DNA of 48,176 bases from Alphaproteobacteria bacterium (GCA_051888155.1 JBJFAY010000153.1:1-48176); one strand, 5' to 3'. Counted from the stretch's first letter, positions 33,448-42,359 are shown. The notes: a model not told the origin generated them from the letters alone. Numbers and translations: made by a program.

Positions 33448-33579
33448 TTAGGGGGAGCACTCCTTAAAACATTACAAAAAAACCTTATTTAAGTATAAGA
33501 GAAATAAGAACAAAAATCTACATTCTCTCATCATTTTTTCATGAGAATGCCACAGAAAAGTAAAAAAAAGATAAGTAAA

Positions 33580-34617
33580 TCAGTTTAATACGCTGGAAAC
33601 GCTGTGATACAGACTGTCATCAGGAGGCGAAACAGCGGAAACGGCACTTGGCAGCGCCGTAATTTCATCAGGGCCGCCCTCTTCGTGGCGGCAAACGATA
33701 ACATTCAGTCCGTTCCAAACCTCGAACATATCTTCCGCGTTAATGATCGTTCCCTGACGAATAATAACCATCGCTTTGATTTCCATGCCGTTAGCCGCTC
33801 CGCTGAGCATGGGACCCAAAGCGTCACGTGCGTTCAAAATGACGCGAACCGGAGAAATACGGTGATTACTTTCGGAAAACCATAACGGTTCTTCATCATT
33901 AAATCTTTCTTCGTCCGCCAGCCAGTCTCCGCTTTCCGAATCAATTAAACATAACAGAATGTGACTGGCGGAAACAGCGACAAAGTCGATTTTCTTTCCC
34001 GCGATTTTAGCATCGGAAATCAGCCTGTAACCGGCCGAACGCAAAACGTCCATAATGGAATTGCCCGCAATGGAAGATTCTGCCGAACTACGTTGAGCGG
34101 CGGGAGCCGTCTCGTGTGAACGTTCAACAACCGGAGCAGCCGCTGCAGCCGGCAAAGTTTCCTTTTCTTTTTCCGGCGCTTTTTCCGGGTGTTTAATGCG
34201 GCCTGATCCGGCTCTGACCGCAGGAGGACGGGTTTGTTTATAAGACTTCTTTTTAGTAACTTTCGGTCTGGCGGCGTTCTTTTCTTTTTTACGTTCTTTT
34301 GATTTGCTTACTATAAATCTGATCGGGAACAACAAGATAATTTTAAACCATTTGATCCATGGAACCGCACATAAAACGGCCCACCCCGTAAACCAAAGCG
34401 GCAACATTGCAAACAACGCAATGACAAACAGCCATTCCCGTACGGACTGGATTACCCAGCCGTTTTGCCATTCATTCCAGATATAAATCCAATGTACTTT
34501 GGACATCGGATTGAATCCCCACATGGCAATCATCAGGCGCTGAAACCAAAAGAAATATCCGATTGTCCAGACAAATAAAATGAAAAAAATTCGTGAAACG
34601 GCAAAGATTATTTTCAC
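33580..34617 (-). CDS. Hypothetical membrane protein with NERD-like C-terminal domain, paralogue A
   Basis: 345 aa. GTG start at 34617 with a GGGAGA RBS. N-terminal TM module with HWIYIWNEWQNGWVI, a Lys-rich linker, and C-terminal KIDFVAVSASHILLCLIDSESGDW...ISPV. Confidence 0.6.
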   Translation of the reverse strand: MKIIFAVSRIFFILFVWTIGYFFWFQRLMIAMWGFNPMSKVHWIYIWNEWQNGWVIQSVREWLFVIALFAMLPLWFTGWAVLCAVPWIKWFKIILLFPIRFIVSKSKERKKEKNAARPKVTKKKSYKQTRPPAVRAGSGRIKHPEKAPEKEKETLPAAAAAPVVERSHETAPAAQRSSAESSIAGNSIMDVLRSAGYRLISDAKIAGKKIDFVAVSASHILLCLIDSESGDWLADEERFNDEEPLWFSESNHRISPVRVILNARDALGPMLSGAANGMEIKAMVIIRQGTIINAEDMFEVWNGLNVIVCRHEEGGPDEITALPSAVSAVSPPDDSLYHSVSSVLN

Positions 34618-34638
34618 CGGTCAATTCTCCCAAATAAC

Positions 34639-35742
34639 CTATGCGCCATTTTCCGTTTCCATTAAATCGAGAATTGCCACGGCTACAGCGTCGTTCAAAG
34701 CCTGTGAAGACGCCGGCTGGGATTTTATATATTCAATTAAGGCATGCGTGTCTGGCAAAGAAGCCGTTTGACACGACCCCATACGTAAAACGGAAATGTC
34801 CCAAGTTTCCAAATATTTCAACAGTTCGTCGGGATTTGTAACATTGCCGTGATCTAAAATCATGCAGCAGTTGACATCTAAACCGGAATACTGCGGCATT
34901 TTTTCCGCAAAATATTTTTGTAATACGGCTTTTGCTTCGATCAAAGGCCGCAGCGGTGAGGGAATCGGCGCCGTTTCTGTTTTCCATACGGGCGGTTCCG
35001 CAGCTTCATCTATTTCCCAGGAACGCCCGGCTGCCGGCCCTTCGCACAGCAAAAAGACTCCTTCCCGCGTAATGGCAAAAGTATTGACCGAAAAATTTTT
35101 AATTTTCATTTGACGCAAGATAAAAATCTTCTCGGTTTCCAAAGATTGAACCAATTTTTCCCATAAGTCGAAGCGGGCGACGGCTTCATCTTCTTTGGAC
35201 AGTATTTTGCCCGTTGAGGTGGACGGGGCGGCGGTGCCGGTTTTCGCAGCGGCGGATTGTGCCGTTATAGCATGCTGTACGCCGGCTTTTTTGCCGCGCA
35301 GCTGATCAATATGCTGTAATTTTTCGGCAGAAATTTTAATTACTTTTTCCGGCTCTTTTTTCTTAGACAGTACTTTTTGTTTGTCGGCGGGACCGACTGC
35401 CGCGGCCAGCGACTGCGCCTGAAGCCGTTCTTTTTTCTTTTTTTCAAGATAGGTCAGCGGCAGGCGGAAAAATTTCAGCCAAGGAAACACATACACCGTG
35501 AACCATGTCAACAGAAATCCGGGGATCAATAACAGAACGGCAATAAAAAACAACACTTCTTTGGGTTTGTGAATTACCCAGCCACCCCGCCATTTGTTCC
35601 AGATATGCGTCCAATGGCGTTCGGAAATCAGGTCGAAATTCCAGAAGAACAGAAAAATTCCGCGGGCGATAACATAAAAAAGAACGGCGCCGACAACCGC
35701 AGAAAAAAGAAGACGGATAAAATGTATTTTCCCTTTTTTCAT
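34639..35742 (-). CDS. Hypothetical membrane protein with NERD-like C-terminal domain, paralogue B
   Basis: ATG 35742 with an AGGA RBS (the track start at 35766 is a TTG). HWTHIWNKWRGGWVI motif, a Lys-rich linker, and VNTFAITREGVFLLCEGPAAGRSWEI. Same architecture as 33580-34617. Confidence 0.6.
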   Translation of the reverse strand: MKKGKIHFIRLLFSAVVGAVLFYVIARGIFLFFWNFDLISERHWTHIWNKWRGGWVIHKPKEVLFFIAVLLLIPGFLLTWFTVYVFPWLKFFRLPLTYLEKKKKERLQAQSLAAAVGPADKQKVLSKKKEPEKVIKISAEKLQHIDQLRGKKAGVQHAITAQSAAAKTGTAAPSTSTGKILSKEDEAVARFDLWEKLVQSLETEKIFILRQMKIKNFSVNTFAITREGVFLLCEGPAAGRSWEIDEAAEPPVWKTETAPIPSPLRPLIEAKAVLQKYFAEKMPQYSGLDVNCCMILDHGNVTNPDELLKYLETWDISVLRMGSCQTASLPDTHALIEYIKSQPASSQALNDAVAVAILDLMETENGA

Positions 35743-35801
35743 GTGACGATCCTGTAATTTGAACAATTAAATATAGAATATAAAACTATTCGGGCAAATG
35801 T

Positions 35802-35832
35802 CAAAAAGAAAGGGAGCCGCAAGCTCCCTTTC
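35802..35832 (-). terminator. Rho-independent terminator after the Lys/Asp-rich protein gene
   Basis: Minus strand reads gaaagggagc / ttgcg / gctccctttc followed by tttttg. This splits the minus-strand block into at least two transcripts. Confidence 0.7.
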
Positions 35833-35846
35833 TTCAGGGAAAAAAA

Positions 35847-36977
35847 TTATCTTCCCGCATTTTGTTTTTTGCGTGCCGGAACCATGGAATTTCCCTGCTG
35901 GCGAGATTGCGGCCGGCTTTTTTTCCGGGCGATATTTTTCATCTGGGCTTTCAGATTAGAAAACATTTTTAGGTTGGCCTTCTGTTTCAGCTTTTTTACG
36001 CCTTTTTGATGGGCTTGTTTAACCTTATTTGTAATTTTCTTTTTCTGATCTCTGGCTGCCAGACCGGCTGCCTTTAAACCGATTCTCGCTTTCTGGACGG
36101 CTTTTTGCCCCTTTGTTTTTTTCTTGATGTCTCCGTCAACAATTTTATTGTTAACGCCTGTTTCTTTTTGCATGGCCGCCAAGGCTTTTCTGTCGCCGAC
36201 CAATTCAGCTCTTGCTTTGCGTCCTTCCGGTGATTTTGCATAACCGGGGATAGTGGCGACATTCTTACGGTAATCCGCCTCACGCTGTAAAGATTCTACC
36301 GTCATCTGATCATACGCCTGCTGGTTTTTACCCAAAGCGGAATTGTCATAATTCCGGTTAGCCATATTTTTTTTGGCTTTATCTGCCAGATCCTGAGCCT
36401 TTTGCGCTTTAAGATCGTTTCTTTCCTGCTGAGAAGTCTTTGCGGGCTTTTCTTTATCTTTTCCGGACTTGTCTTTGTTGTCCTTATCTTTTCCCGGTTT
36501 ATCTTTATCGGCCTTATCTTTATCTTTACCGTCTTTGTTTTTTGTCTTTTTTTTGTCTTTATCGTCGCCGAGTTTTTGTTTTTCTTTTTTCTTGTTGATG
36601 AATTCAACACCCTTATTAAGTCCTTTGTCGATGTAGTAACCGACAAATTCCAAATTGCCTAACATCCAATTCCGCAAATCGTTCTTAAGAAATTCAATCA
36701 ACCATTTTGCGGCGTCATCTTCATTGTTTGTCTCTAGCCATTTATAATCCGGTCCCTTTTCTTTGTCTTTTTTTTCATGGGCTTTGGCATGGAAAGAGCC
36801 GACTTTCCCCTGCTGCTGTTCCTGTTGCTGTTCAGCCGTATATTCGCCGGCTTTCTCAGGAGTGGCAGTAAAATTTCCTTGTTCTGCCGTATTCTCACCA
36901 GTCTTCTGAGGCGTGGCAGTAAAATTTCCTTGTTCAGCTGAAGTTTTTTCCTGTTCTGTTTTTTCAATTTCTGCCAT
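35847..36977 (-). CDS. Lys/Asp-rich low-complexity protein with basic C-terminus (hypothetical; candidate secreted substrate)
   Basis: 376 aa. AAGGAGA RBS. Two 17-aa repeats AEQGNFTATP(Q/E)K(T/A)GE(N/Y)T, a KDKDK-type tract (about 36438-36590), and a C-terminal ~60 residues rich in Lys/Arg. Confidence 0.6.
   Translation of the reverse strand: MAEIEKTEQEKTSAEQGNFTATPQKTGENTAEQGNFTATPEKAGEYTAEQQQEQQQGKVGSFHAKAHEKKDKEKGPDYKWLETNNEDDAAKWLIEFLKNDLRNWMLGNLEFVGYYIDKGLNKGVEFINKKKEKQKLGDDKDKKKTKNKDGKDKDKADKDKPGKDKDNKDKSGKDKEKPAKTSQQERNDLKAQKAQDLADKAKKNMANRNYDNSALGKNQQAYDQMTVESLQREADYRKNVATIPGYAKSPEGRKARAELVGDRKALAAMQKETGVNNKIVDGDIKKKTKGQKAVQKARIGLKAAGLAARDQKKKITNKVKQAHQKGVKKLKQKANLKMFSNLKAQMKNIARKKSRPQSRQQGNSMVPARKKQNAGR
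36828..36938. repeat. 51-nt (17-aa) tandem repeat inside the Lys/Asp-rich protein gene
   Basis: ggcagtaaaatttccttgttc... recurs with a 51-nt period. Protein repeat is AEQGNFTATPxKxGExT x2. Confidence 0.75.
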
Positions 36978-37084
36978 TGAAGTTCTCCTTCAGAATTTGA
37001 TCAATATACTTACTAAAGTTAAGCATACGGAAAAAAATTTTTTTTGTCCAGAGCGTCATTAAAAATTCATAAAACGGCTTTTTG

Positions 37085-38173
37085 TTATACCTTTAAATTC
37101 TTTAAAAAAGAAGCAAGCCTTTTGTTAACGGCGATCGCGTCTTTTGGAGACGGTTTAACCAGCCCGAAGAATTTTTTCGGCAAACGCTCCAGCTGAATCG
37201 GTGAAAAGAAAAGCGGGTTTGTGATCAGAGTTTCATAGGCTTTGTCCGGATCTTTTTTGGCCAGCGTGAAGTAATTATTGATCAGCTTTTTTGCATCAAC
37301 GGGAAAATGCTTGCGTTCAATGGCGTCAATGAAGTTTTGCTTCATTTCACGCTCTTCTTCTTCCATTCCTTTGATGTCGTCAACGATCTGGTCTGATTCG
37401 TTTTCGATGTCAAGTACGTTCAGTTTTTCCTGAATGATCTGCATATCTACCATAACAGTCAGATAAGCAATCAGAATTTGCTGTGCGGTTGACAGTGTTT
37501 CTTGATTTTCGATGCGTTTCAGTTCCGACTGAATAATTTGTTCCAGCGGAGCCTTATTGGCCATGATTCTTTCCATGCCGGCGACAAAAGGCGCCATTTC
37601 GACAAAATCGTCTAATATGGCGGCCAGCAGATCATTATCAATTTCGTCTAACAGTTCGCCCGCCTGCAAAGTATCTTCAGGCAGCTCAATCATCATCTGG
37701 GGGAAATTATATCCTTCCTCTTCGGCGATTCTCTGCGTATAAATCCGTGTATAAACATATAAAAGAAAAAGTTTATCTGTAACGTTTTCACGGTTTTCAA
37801 TGGCTTCCAGAATATTGTCCGGCAACGTATAGCTCAGCGCTTTGATTTCTACGCCATTTACAATTTGGCCGGCGAAAGATTTCCGCTTCGACGGCGAATC
37901 GGAAGGAATGGCCGGCTGAATATCAGGGCGGACTTGTTGCTGAACGGGTGGTTTTGCGGGAACTTTAACCAGAGTCGGCTGTTCCGGCGCAGGCGTCGCC
38001 GGCCGAGGCGCCGAGATCGGCCGTTTAACAGGGACTTTGACCAAAGTTGGCTGTCCTGCTGCCGGTGCGGCAGGCTGGGGCGCTGAGATCGGCCGTTTGA
38101 CAAGAACTTTTACTTTCTTGACGAGAACCTTTTTTACAACGGGCTGAGGAGATGTCGGTTGCTGCGAATCCAT
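37085..38173 (-). CDS. Hypothetical protein with Pro-rich repeated N-terminus and ~260-aa acidic helical C-terminal domain
   Basis: 362 aa. Two 24-aa repeats KRPISAP(Q/R)PA(A/T)PA(A/P)(G/E)QPTLVKVP(V/A). No family recognised for the C-terminal domain. Confidence 0.6.
   Translation of the reverse strand: MDSQQPTSPQPVVKKVLVKKVKVLVKRPISAPQPAAPAAGQPTLVKVPVKRPISAPRPATPAPEQPTLVKVPAKPPVQQQVRPDIQPAIPSDSPSKRKSFAGQIVNGVEIKALSYTLPDNILEAIENRENVTDKLFLLYVYTRIYTQRIAEEEGYNFPQMMIELPEDTLQAGELLDEIDNDLLAAILDDFVEMAPFVAGMERIMANKAPLEQIIQSELKRIENQETLSTAQQILIAYLTVMVDMQIIQEKLNVLDIENESDQIVDDIKGMEEEEREMKQNFIDAIERKHFPVDAKKLINNYFTLAKKDPDKAYETLITNPLFFSPIQLERLPKKFFGLVKPSPKDAIAVNKRLASFLKNLKV
37955..38098. repeat. 72-nt (24-aa) tandem repeat inside the Pro-rich protein gene
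   Basis: gagatcggccgttt(a/g)ac... recurs with a 72-nt period. Confidence 0.75.
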
Positions 38174-38414
38174 ATCTTTCTATTTTTGTTACGGTTTGTA
38201 TCAATTTAAAATAATATGTTGAGGCCAAAAGGCTTTTCTGTCAACATTATAAAAAAAATCACATCGATGCGATAGTGTTTTGATCAAAAATCAAAAAAGT
38301 GTCATATTTCTTTGTATGATTTTGTTCTATCATGAATAATAAGGTTTTTGCAGATTGACTGTTGCAATTGTATTCTGTCTGTAAATATAGGCTTTACCTG
38401 AAAGGAAGTTCGGC
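38174..38414. promoter_or_regulatory. Divergent control region between the two T4SS-related gene blocks
   Basis: 241-bp AT-rich spacer between divergent starts 38173 (minus) and 38415 (plus). Contains inverted repeats TGTTGA-N18-TCAACA (38217-38246) and TTGAT-caaaa-ATCAA (38280-38294). Confidence 0.4.
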
Positions 38415-40595
38415 ATGAAGAAAAATAAGGGTGAAAATAAAATCGTATTATGTATGCTCTTGCTTGCATGTCTTTTAAGTGTCATGCCTGTTGTTCCTTC
38501 TCAGGCGGGCTGGTTGGATTTCGGTTGGCAAACGGAGGAGTTTACAAAGGATGAAAATAAACCGGCTGATGAACAATGCAATCTGTTAAGAGATGTAGAA
38601 GAGGCTAAAAATAAGGGGAAGTGGTGGAAGACGCCATTGGAAACGGCTCTCAAGGCCTCGCTTTCGGTTGGTAAAACCGTATCTGAGAAGGCTGCGCCGG
38701 GTGCTCAAAAGTTGATGTTTGTCGGTGCGGGATTGTGGCTGGCGGTATTTACGTTAAAGGTTGTCGGCAGTATGGTGGAATCCGATCCGAGGGAGAATTT
38801 GACAAAGGTCGGCGGCATGATGCTGAAAGTGGGGTTTGCTGCCGCCTGTTTGTCTAGCATAGGGGGGGGGGAGAAGCTATATAGCAGCTATTCCTTTTTT
38901 GATGTGGCGATTGCTTCAGTCGTTGAAGCTGGTGCGGGGTTTGTTGACACAAGCGACATTACCGGAGTAGACGGCGCGGTTAAAATGGGTAATGTAAAAA
39001 TTGGCGGTGGCTTAGATGCTGTTGAAAAGGTTTTGATAGACATGGCTGAGGAAACCCATACAATTATCGCCGATGTTATAGGAAGGGGAAGATTCCTGGG
39101 GTGTATCGGGGATATTCATAAACTCAGCTTAAGTGTAGCCGGTGATGTAACGTTCCCGGATCCCAAGGTTTGGATGTCGTCCTGTGTTATTGTTGTGGGG
39201 GCATACTTCTTTTTATTTTTATTCCCGTTCTATTTAATTGAAGTGTGTGTGCGTCTGGGAATTGTGGTCGCTTTATCTCCTTTGTTTGTCGTTGCCTGGG
39301 TTTTTGATGTGACAAGAGAGTTTACTAAAAAAGGAGTTCAGGCCTTATTGCACGTGGCGTTTACGTTTATGATGATTAAAATAATCGTTCTTGTCGCAAC
39401 TAAACTGTTAATGGGCGGAGCCGGTTTGGATAAGCTGAAGACGGGCGGTTTAGATGAAAAAAAACAAATAGTGTGTACTTTCAGATGGGGCTATTTAGGG
39501 GACGATGACGTCTGTGAAGGCGTAGAAAAAGGCGAAACAAACAATATGTTTATTTATTTGGCCTGCATTGTCTATGGTTGGCTGTTGTTGTCAAAAGGCA
39601 ATGAACTGGCAAATTATTACAGTAATACAAATTTCTCTGCAGATTCGTCTTTTGCAGCGGCAAGAAATGCAGGGCAAATGGTTCATAAGGCGGCTCAGAC
39701 AGGGGTAAATAAAACTATTAACGCGGCCGGTGCGGTAAAAGACCGGATCCAGACTCATAAAGACCGTGCGGCGGCGCGCACATATGAAAAAGACCAGCGG
39801 GCTCGCGCGGCGGCGGCAAACGGCGGTCCGGCGTATAATCCGTCTGCTAAGCAGCTGAAAAAAGTTGAAGCGGCTAAGAAACGTCTGCAAAGCGAACGTG
39901 TCGGGGCTTTAAACAGCGACGGTACGGAAAATGGTCAAAAGATGTCTAAACTGCTTGAAAACGGTAAAGCCAGAACGGCAATGCGCGGTCTTGAAAAAAT
40001 TCATAACGCTACTGTCGGTCGTTTAGCGGATAAAGTAGGGATTTCTAAATTTGGTCAAAAGCTTTCATCGAAAGCGTCGTATCAGGCAAAGAACGGCAAT
40101 TTCTTTGAAAGACAGGCCGGAAAAATTGGAAACAGGCTCGGTAAGGATATTCAAAATATAGGAAGCCATGACAAATATAAAAATATGGGCAGCTCTTACA
40201 GTGAACGTAGTGCGGAGCAGCTGCAAAATCTGAAATCTGTCGCGCCGACAGGGATAGCGGATGTCAACGAACGAGATGTTAGCTTGGCTAAACAGAGAAT
40301 GGCTAACATGCCTCCGCCAACTACAGAGCAGGAAAGGAAACAGCAATTCTATAATCAAGCAAAATTGTTGCATCAGGAAGACGTGCTTGATTACAATAAA
40401 AAAGTAGCGGCAGATCCTAATTATGCCAATTCTGTTGCGGGTCAGAAAGCAATGCAAAAAATGACTCAGGATAACTATGATTTGCAGCAATATAAGAATG
40501 ATAACGGGGTAAACGATGATCTTTTCAAGAGTAAAACTGCTAAAGAAAAATGGAATACAGTTAAAGGAAAGGTCAAATCTGCATTTGGAGGCTGA
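38415..40595 (+). CDS. virB6: VirB6/TrbL-family T4SS inner-membrane protein, paralogue 1, with ~330-aa hydrophilic C-terminal extension
   Basis: 726 aa. Signal peptide. AQKLMFVGAGLWLAVFTLKVVG and VVALSPLFVVAWVFDVTREFTKKGVQALL parallel A. tumefaciens VirB6 as I remember it (LLAIGPLILVGYIFDRTRDIAAKWIGQL). Multiple TM segments. Lys/Asn/Gln/Ala-rich tail. Confidence 0.75.
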   Translation: MKKNKGENKIVLCMLLLACLLSVMPVVPSQAGWLDFGWQTEEFTKDENKPADEQCNLLRDVEEAKNKGKWWKTPLETALKASLSVGKTVSEKAAPGAQKLMFVGAGLWLAVFTLKVVGSMVESDPRENLTKVGGMMLKVGFAAACLSSIGGGEKLYSSYSFFDVAIASVVEAGAGFVDTSDITGVDGAVKMGNVKIGGGLDAVEKVLIDMAEETHTIIADVIGRGRFLGCIGDIHKLSLSVAGDVTFPDPKVWMSSCVIVVGAYFFLFLFPFYLIEVCVRLGIVVALSPLFVVAWVFDVTREFTKKGVQALLHVAFTFMMIKIIVLVATKLLMGGAGLDKLKTGGLDEKKQIVCTFRWGYLGDDDVCEGVEKGETNNMFIYLACIVYGWLLLSKGNELANYYSNTNFSADSSFAAARNAGQMVHKAAQTGVNKTINAAGAVKDRIQTHKDRAAARTYEKDQRARAAAANGGPAYNPSAKQLKKVEAAKKRLQSERVGALNSDGTENGQKMSKLLENGKARTAMRGLEKIHNATVGRLADKVGISKFGQKLSSKASYQAKNGNFFERQAGKIGNRLGKDIQNIGSHDKYKNMGSSYSERSAEQLQNLKSVAPTGIADVNERDVSLAKQRMANMPPPTTEQERKQQFYNQAKLLHQEDVLDYNKKVAADPNYANSVAGQKAMQKMTQDNYDLQQYKNDNGVNDDLFKSKTAKEKWNTVKGKVKSAFGG
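38862..38871. repeat. G(10) homopolymer inside virB6 paralogue 1
   Basis: ata-GGGGGGGGGG-agaag encodes ...SIGGGEK.... Confidence 0.9.
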
Positions 40596-40689
40596 CTGAT
40601 AGATTGAAGGAAACGGGAAAAATTAAGATAATGCTTTAAATATCTTCGTTACAATAAAACACGGTTTTACAAAGTTTAGGAATAGGCAA

Positions 40690-42297
40690 ATGTTAAGACA
40701 TAGAATAACATTTTTAAAAAAGAGCGATATCGCACGTTTTGTGTGCGTACTATTCCTTTGCCTTTGTTTAGGAATGCTGTGCGGTTGTGAAGATACTGCT
40801 CCTAATTCACATTCGCAGGGGGAACTGGCGGTTGCTGCAGAAAAGGAAACGCTGAACTGCTGGACATGTTCGCTTTTTAAATTAGGGTTTGGTGTTGCGA
40901 ACAGTTTGGCAACGAGCGTGGTTAAATCTGTCGCCGGCAGTGCGCTTTCCCTGCTGGCGGTCGGTTACGGATTATGGCTGGCTGTATATATTTTAAAGCA
41001 GGTTTCTTCAATGCAGGCGCCGGATCCCGGAGCTTTTTGGAAAGGACTGGCCGTACAGACGTTTTTTGTTACGCTGGGAGCCGGAATGTTGCGGGATTTA
41101 TCCGGAGAGGGAGAATCTTCCTCGTCTGTTCTGGAAATGATCGTCAAACCTATTTTTTCCGGTTTTGTTGATGTCGGATTATTGGTTGTCGGCGGCTTTG
41201 GGGATCTTCCCTGTTCTGCAGGAGGGGATCCCGGCGTCGGTATGGAGTGTCTGGTTGAGGCATTGCAGCAAAAACTGAATGTCGGAGTCGCTTTTGCTTA
41301 TCTTAACGCAACGACCGGGCCGACAATTTTCAGTATTATTCTGGGGGTCATTGTTTATTGTTTTTTCATCTACATGATGCTTTATTTCCCGCTGTTGTTG
41401 CTGGATTGTGTGTTCAGGTATTGCATTGTTCTTGCAATGTTGCCTTTAAGTGTGACGGCCTATTGCTTTAAATGTACGCGAGATTTTGCGACGCAAACCG
41501 TAAAGCTTTTAGTGGAAATCGGTTTGGGTATTACCGGTATGTGCGTTTTTATTGCGGTCGTTGTTGAAGTTGTTCGAGAATATATTGATACTTTTTTACC
41601 ATACATTCAAAATCCGACTTCTCTTTTAAGCGATCCGATGATGCTTGATAAAGCTATACAGGGACCGGGCATGACAGGACTGATGTTTGTGTTAACTTTC
41701 CTATGCATTTTCGGCGGCGTGGTTCTTGAATTGATGGAAAATTTCTCTCAAGGTATGGGTGGACTGGGAAGTACGGTCAAAGAAACCATTGGCGCTTTCA
41801 AGGGGGGGGCCGCTATGGCTAAACAGTTAGGCAAGTTTGCGGTCAACCGGAGAGCCAGAAAAAATGACGCCAAAGCTAAAAAGACAAAACAAGCTTTGGA
41901 AGCGAAAAAAGCCAGCGGAAAAACACTGTCGAAAGATGAACAAAAAGCTCTGGATAAGGCGAACGGTCGTTTAATGTTTCGCGGTTATTTGGCTCAGGAT
42001 AAAAACGGTCACATGTCGCAGGACAAAGGAGCCAGTCTGCATAAAACAAAAGCTTATGACAACTTGGGCAAAGGCGGTGTTAGAAATGCTTTGAAAAATT
42101 TGTCGGAAGATTGGAACAGCGATGTAATGGGCAATGCTTCGCGTCATGATCACAGCCATAACAAAGTTTCCGAAGAAGGTTTTACAGGGGATTTGAAAAA
42201 GGATAATTTGGTAAATGATATGTATGGAGATAAGTCTCTGAGGCAGCGCATGGGAGACGGCCTGAAAAAGGGAATGAAAAATCTTGTAGGCGATTAG
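40690..42297 (+). CDS. virB6: VirB6/TrbL-family protein, paralogue 2 (lipoprotein-like signal), with ~170-aa basic C-terminal extension
   Basis: 535 aa. LGMLCGC lipobox-like signal. CWTCSLFKLGF motif. LLAVGYGLWLAVYILKQV. VLAMLPLSVTAYCFKCTRDFATQTVKLL. Confidence 0.72.
   Translation: MLRHRITFLKKSDIARFVCVLFLCLCLGMLCGCEDTAPNSHSQGELAVAAEKETLNCWTCSLFKLGFGVANSLATSVVKSVAGSALSLLAVGYGLWLAVYILKQVSSMQAPDPGAFWKGLAVQTFFVTLGAGMLRDLSGEGESSSSVLEMIVKPIFSGFVDVGLLVVGGFGDLPCSAGGDPGVGMECLVEALQQKLNVGVAFAYLNATTGPTIFSIILGVIVYCFFIYMMLYFPLLLLDCVFRYCIVLAMLPLSVTAYCFKCTRDFATQTVKLLVEIGLGITGMCVFIAVVVEVVREYIDTFLPYIQNPTSLLSDPMMLDKAIQGPGMTGLMFVLTFLCIFGGVVLELMENFSQGMGGLGSTVKETIGAFKGGAAMAKQLGKFAVNRRARKNDAKAKKTKQALEAKKASGKTLSKDEQKALDKANGRLMFRGYLAQDKNGHMSQDKGASLHKTKAYDNLGKGGVRNALKNLSEDWNSDVMGNASRHDHSHNKVSEEGFTGDLKKDNLVNDMYGDKSLRQRMGDGLKKGMKNLVGD
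41802..41809. repeat. G(8) homopolymer inside virB6 paralogue 2
   Basis: ttcaa-GGGGGGGG-ccgct encodes ...FKGGAA.... Confidence 0.9.
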
Positions 42298-42359
42298 GAG
42301 GCGCTATTTAGACTGGTTAAAAAAAACGTATTCTTTGGCGAGGGGAAAAGGAGCAAAAA

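Noticed and set aside
36302-36662. Alternative-frame ORFs within the Lys/Asp-rich gene (36302..36646 minus, 36402..36662 plus, 36074..36283 and 36734..36967 minus).
   Set aside because: They are frame-shifted readings of the A/G-rich KDK-coding tract. Only the 35847..36977 frame is continuous, has an AAGGAGA RBS, and is followed by a terminator.
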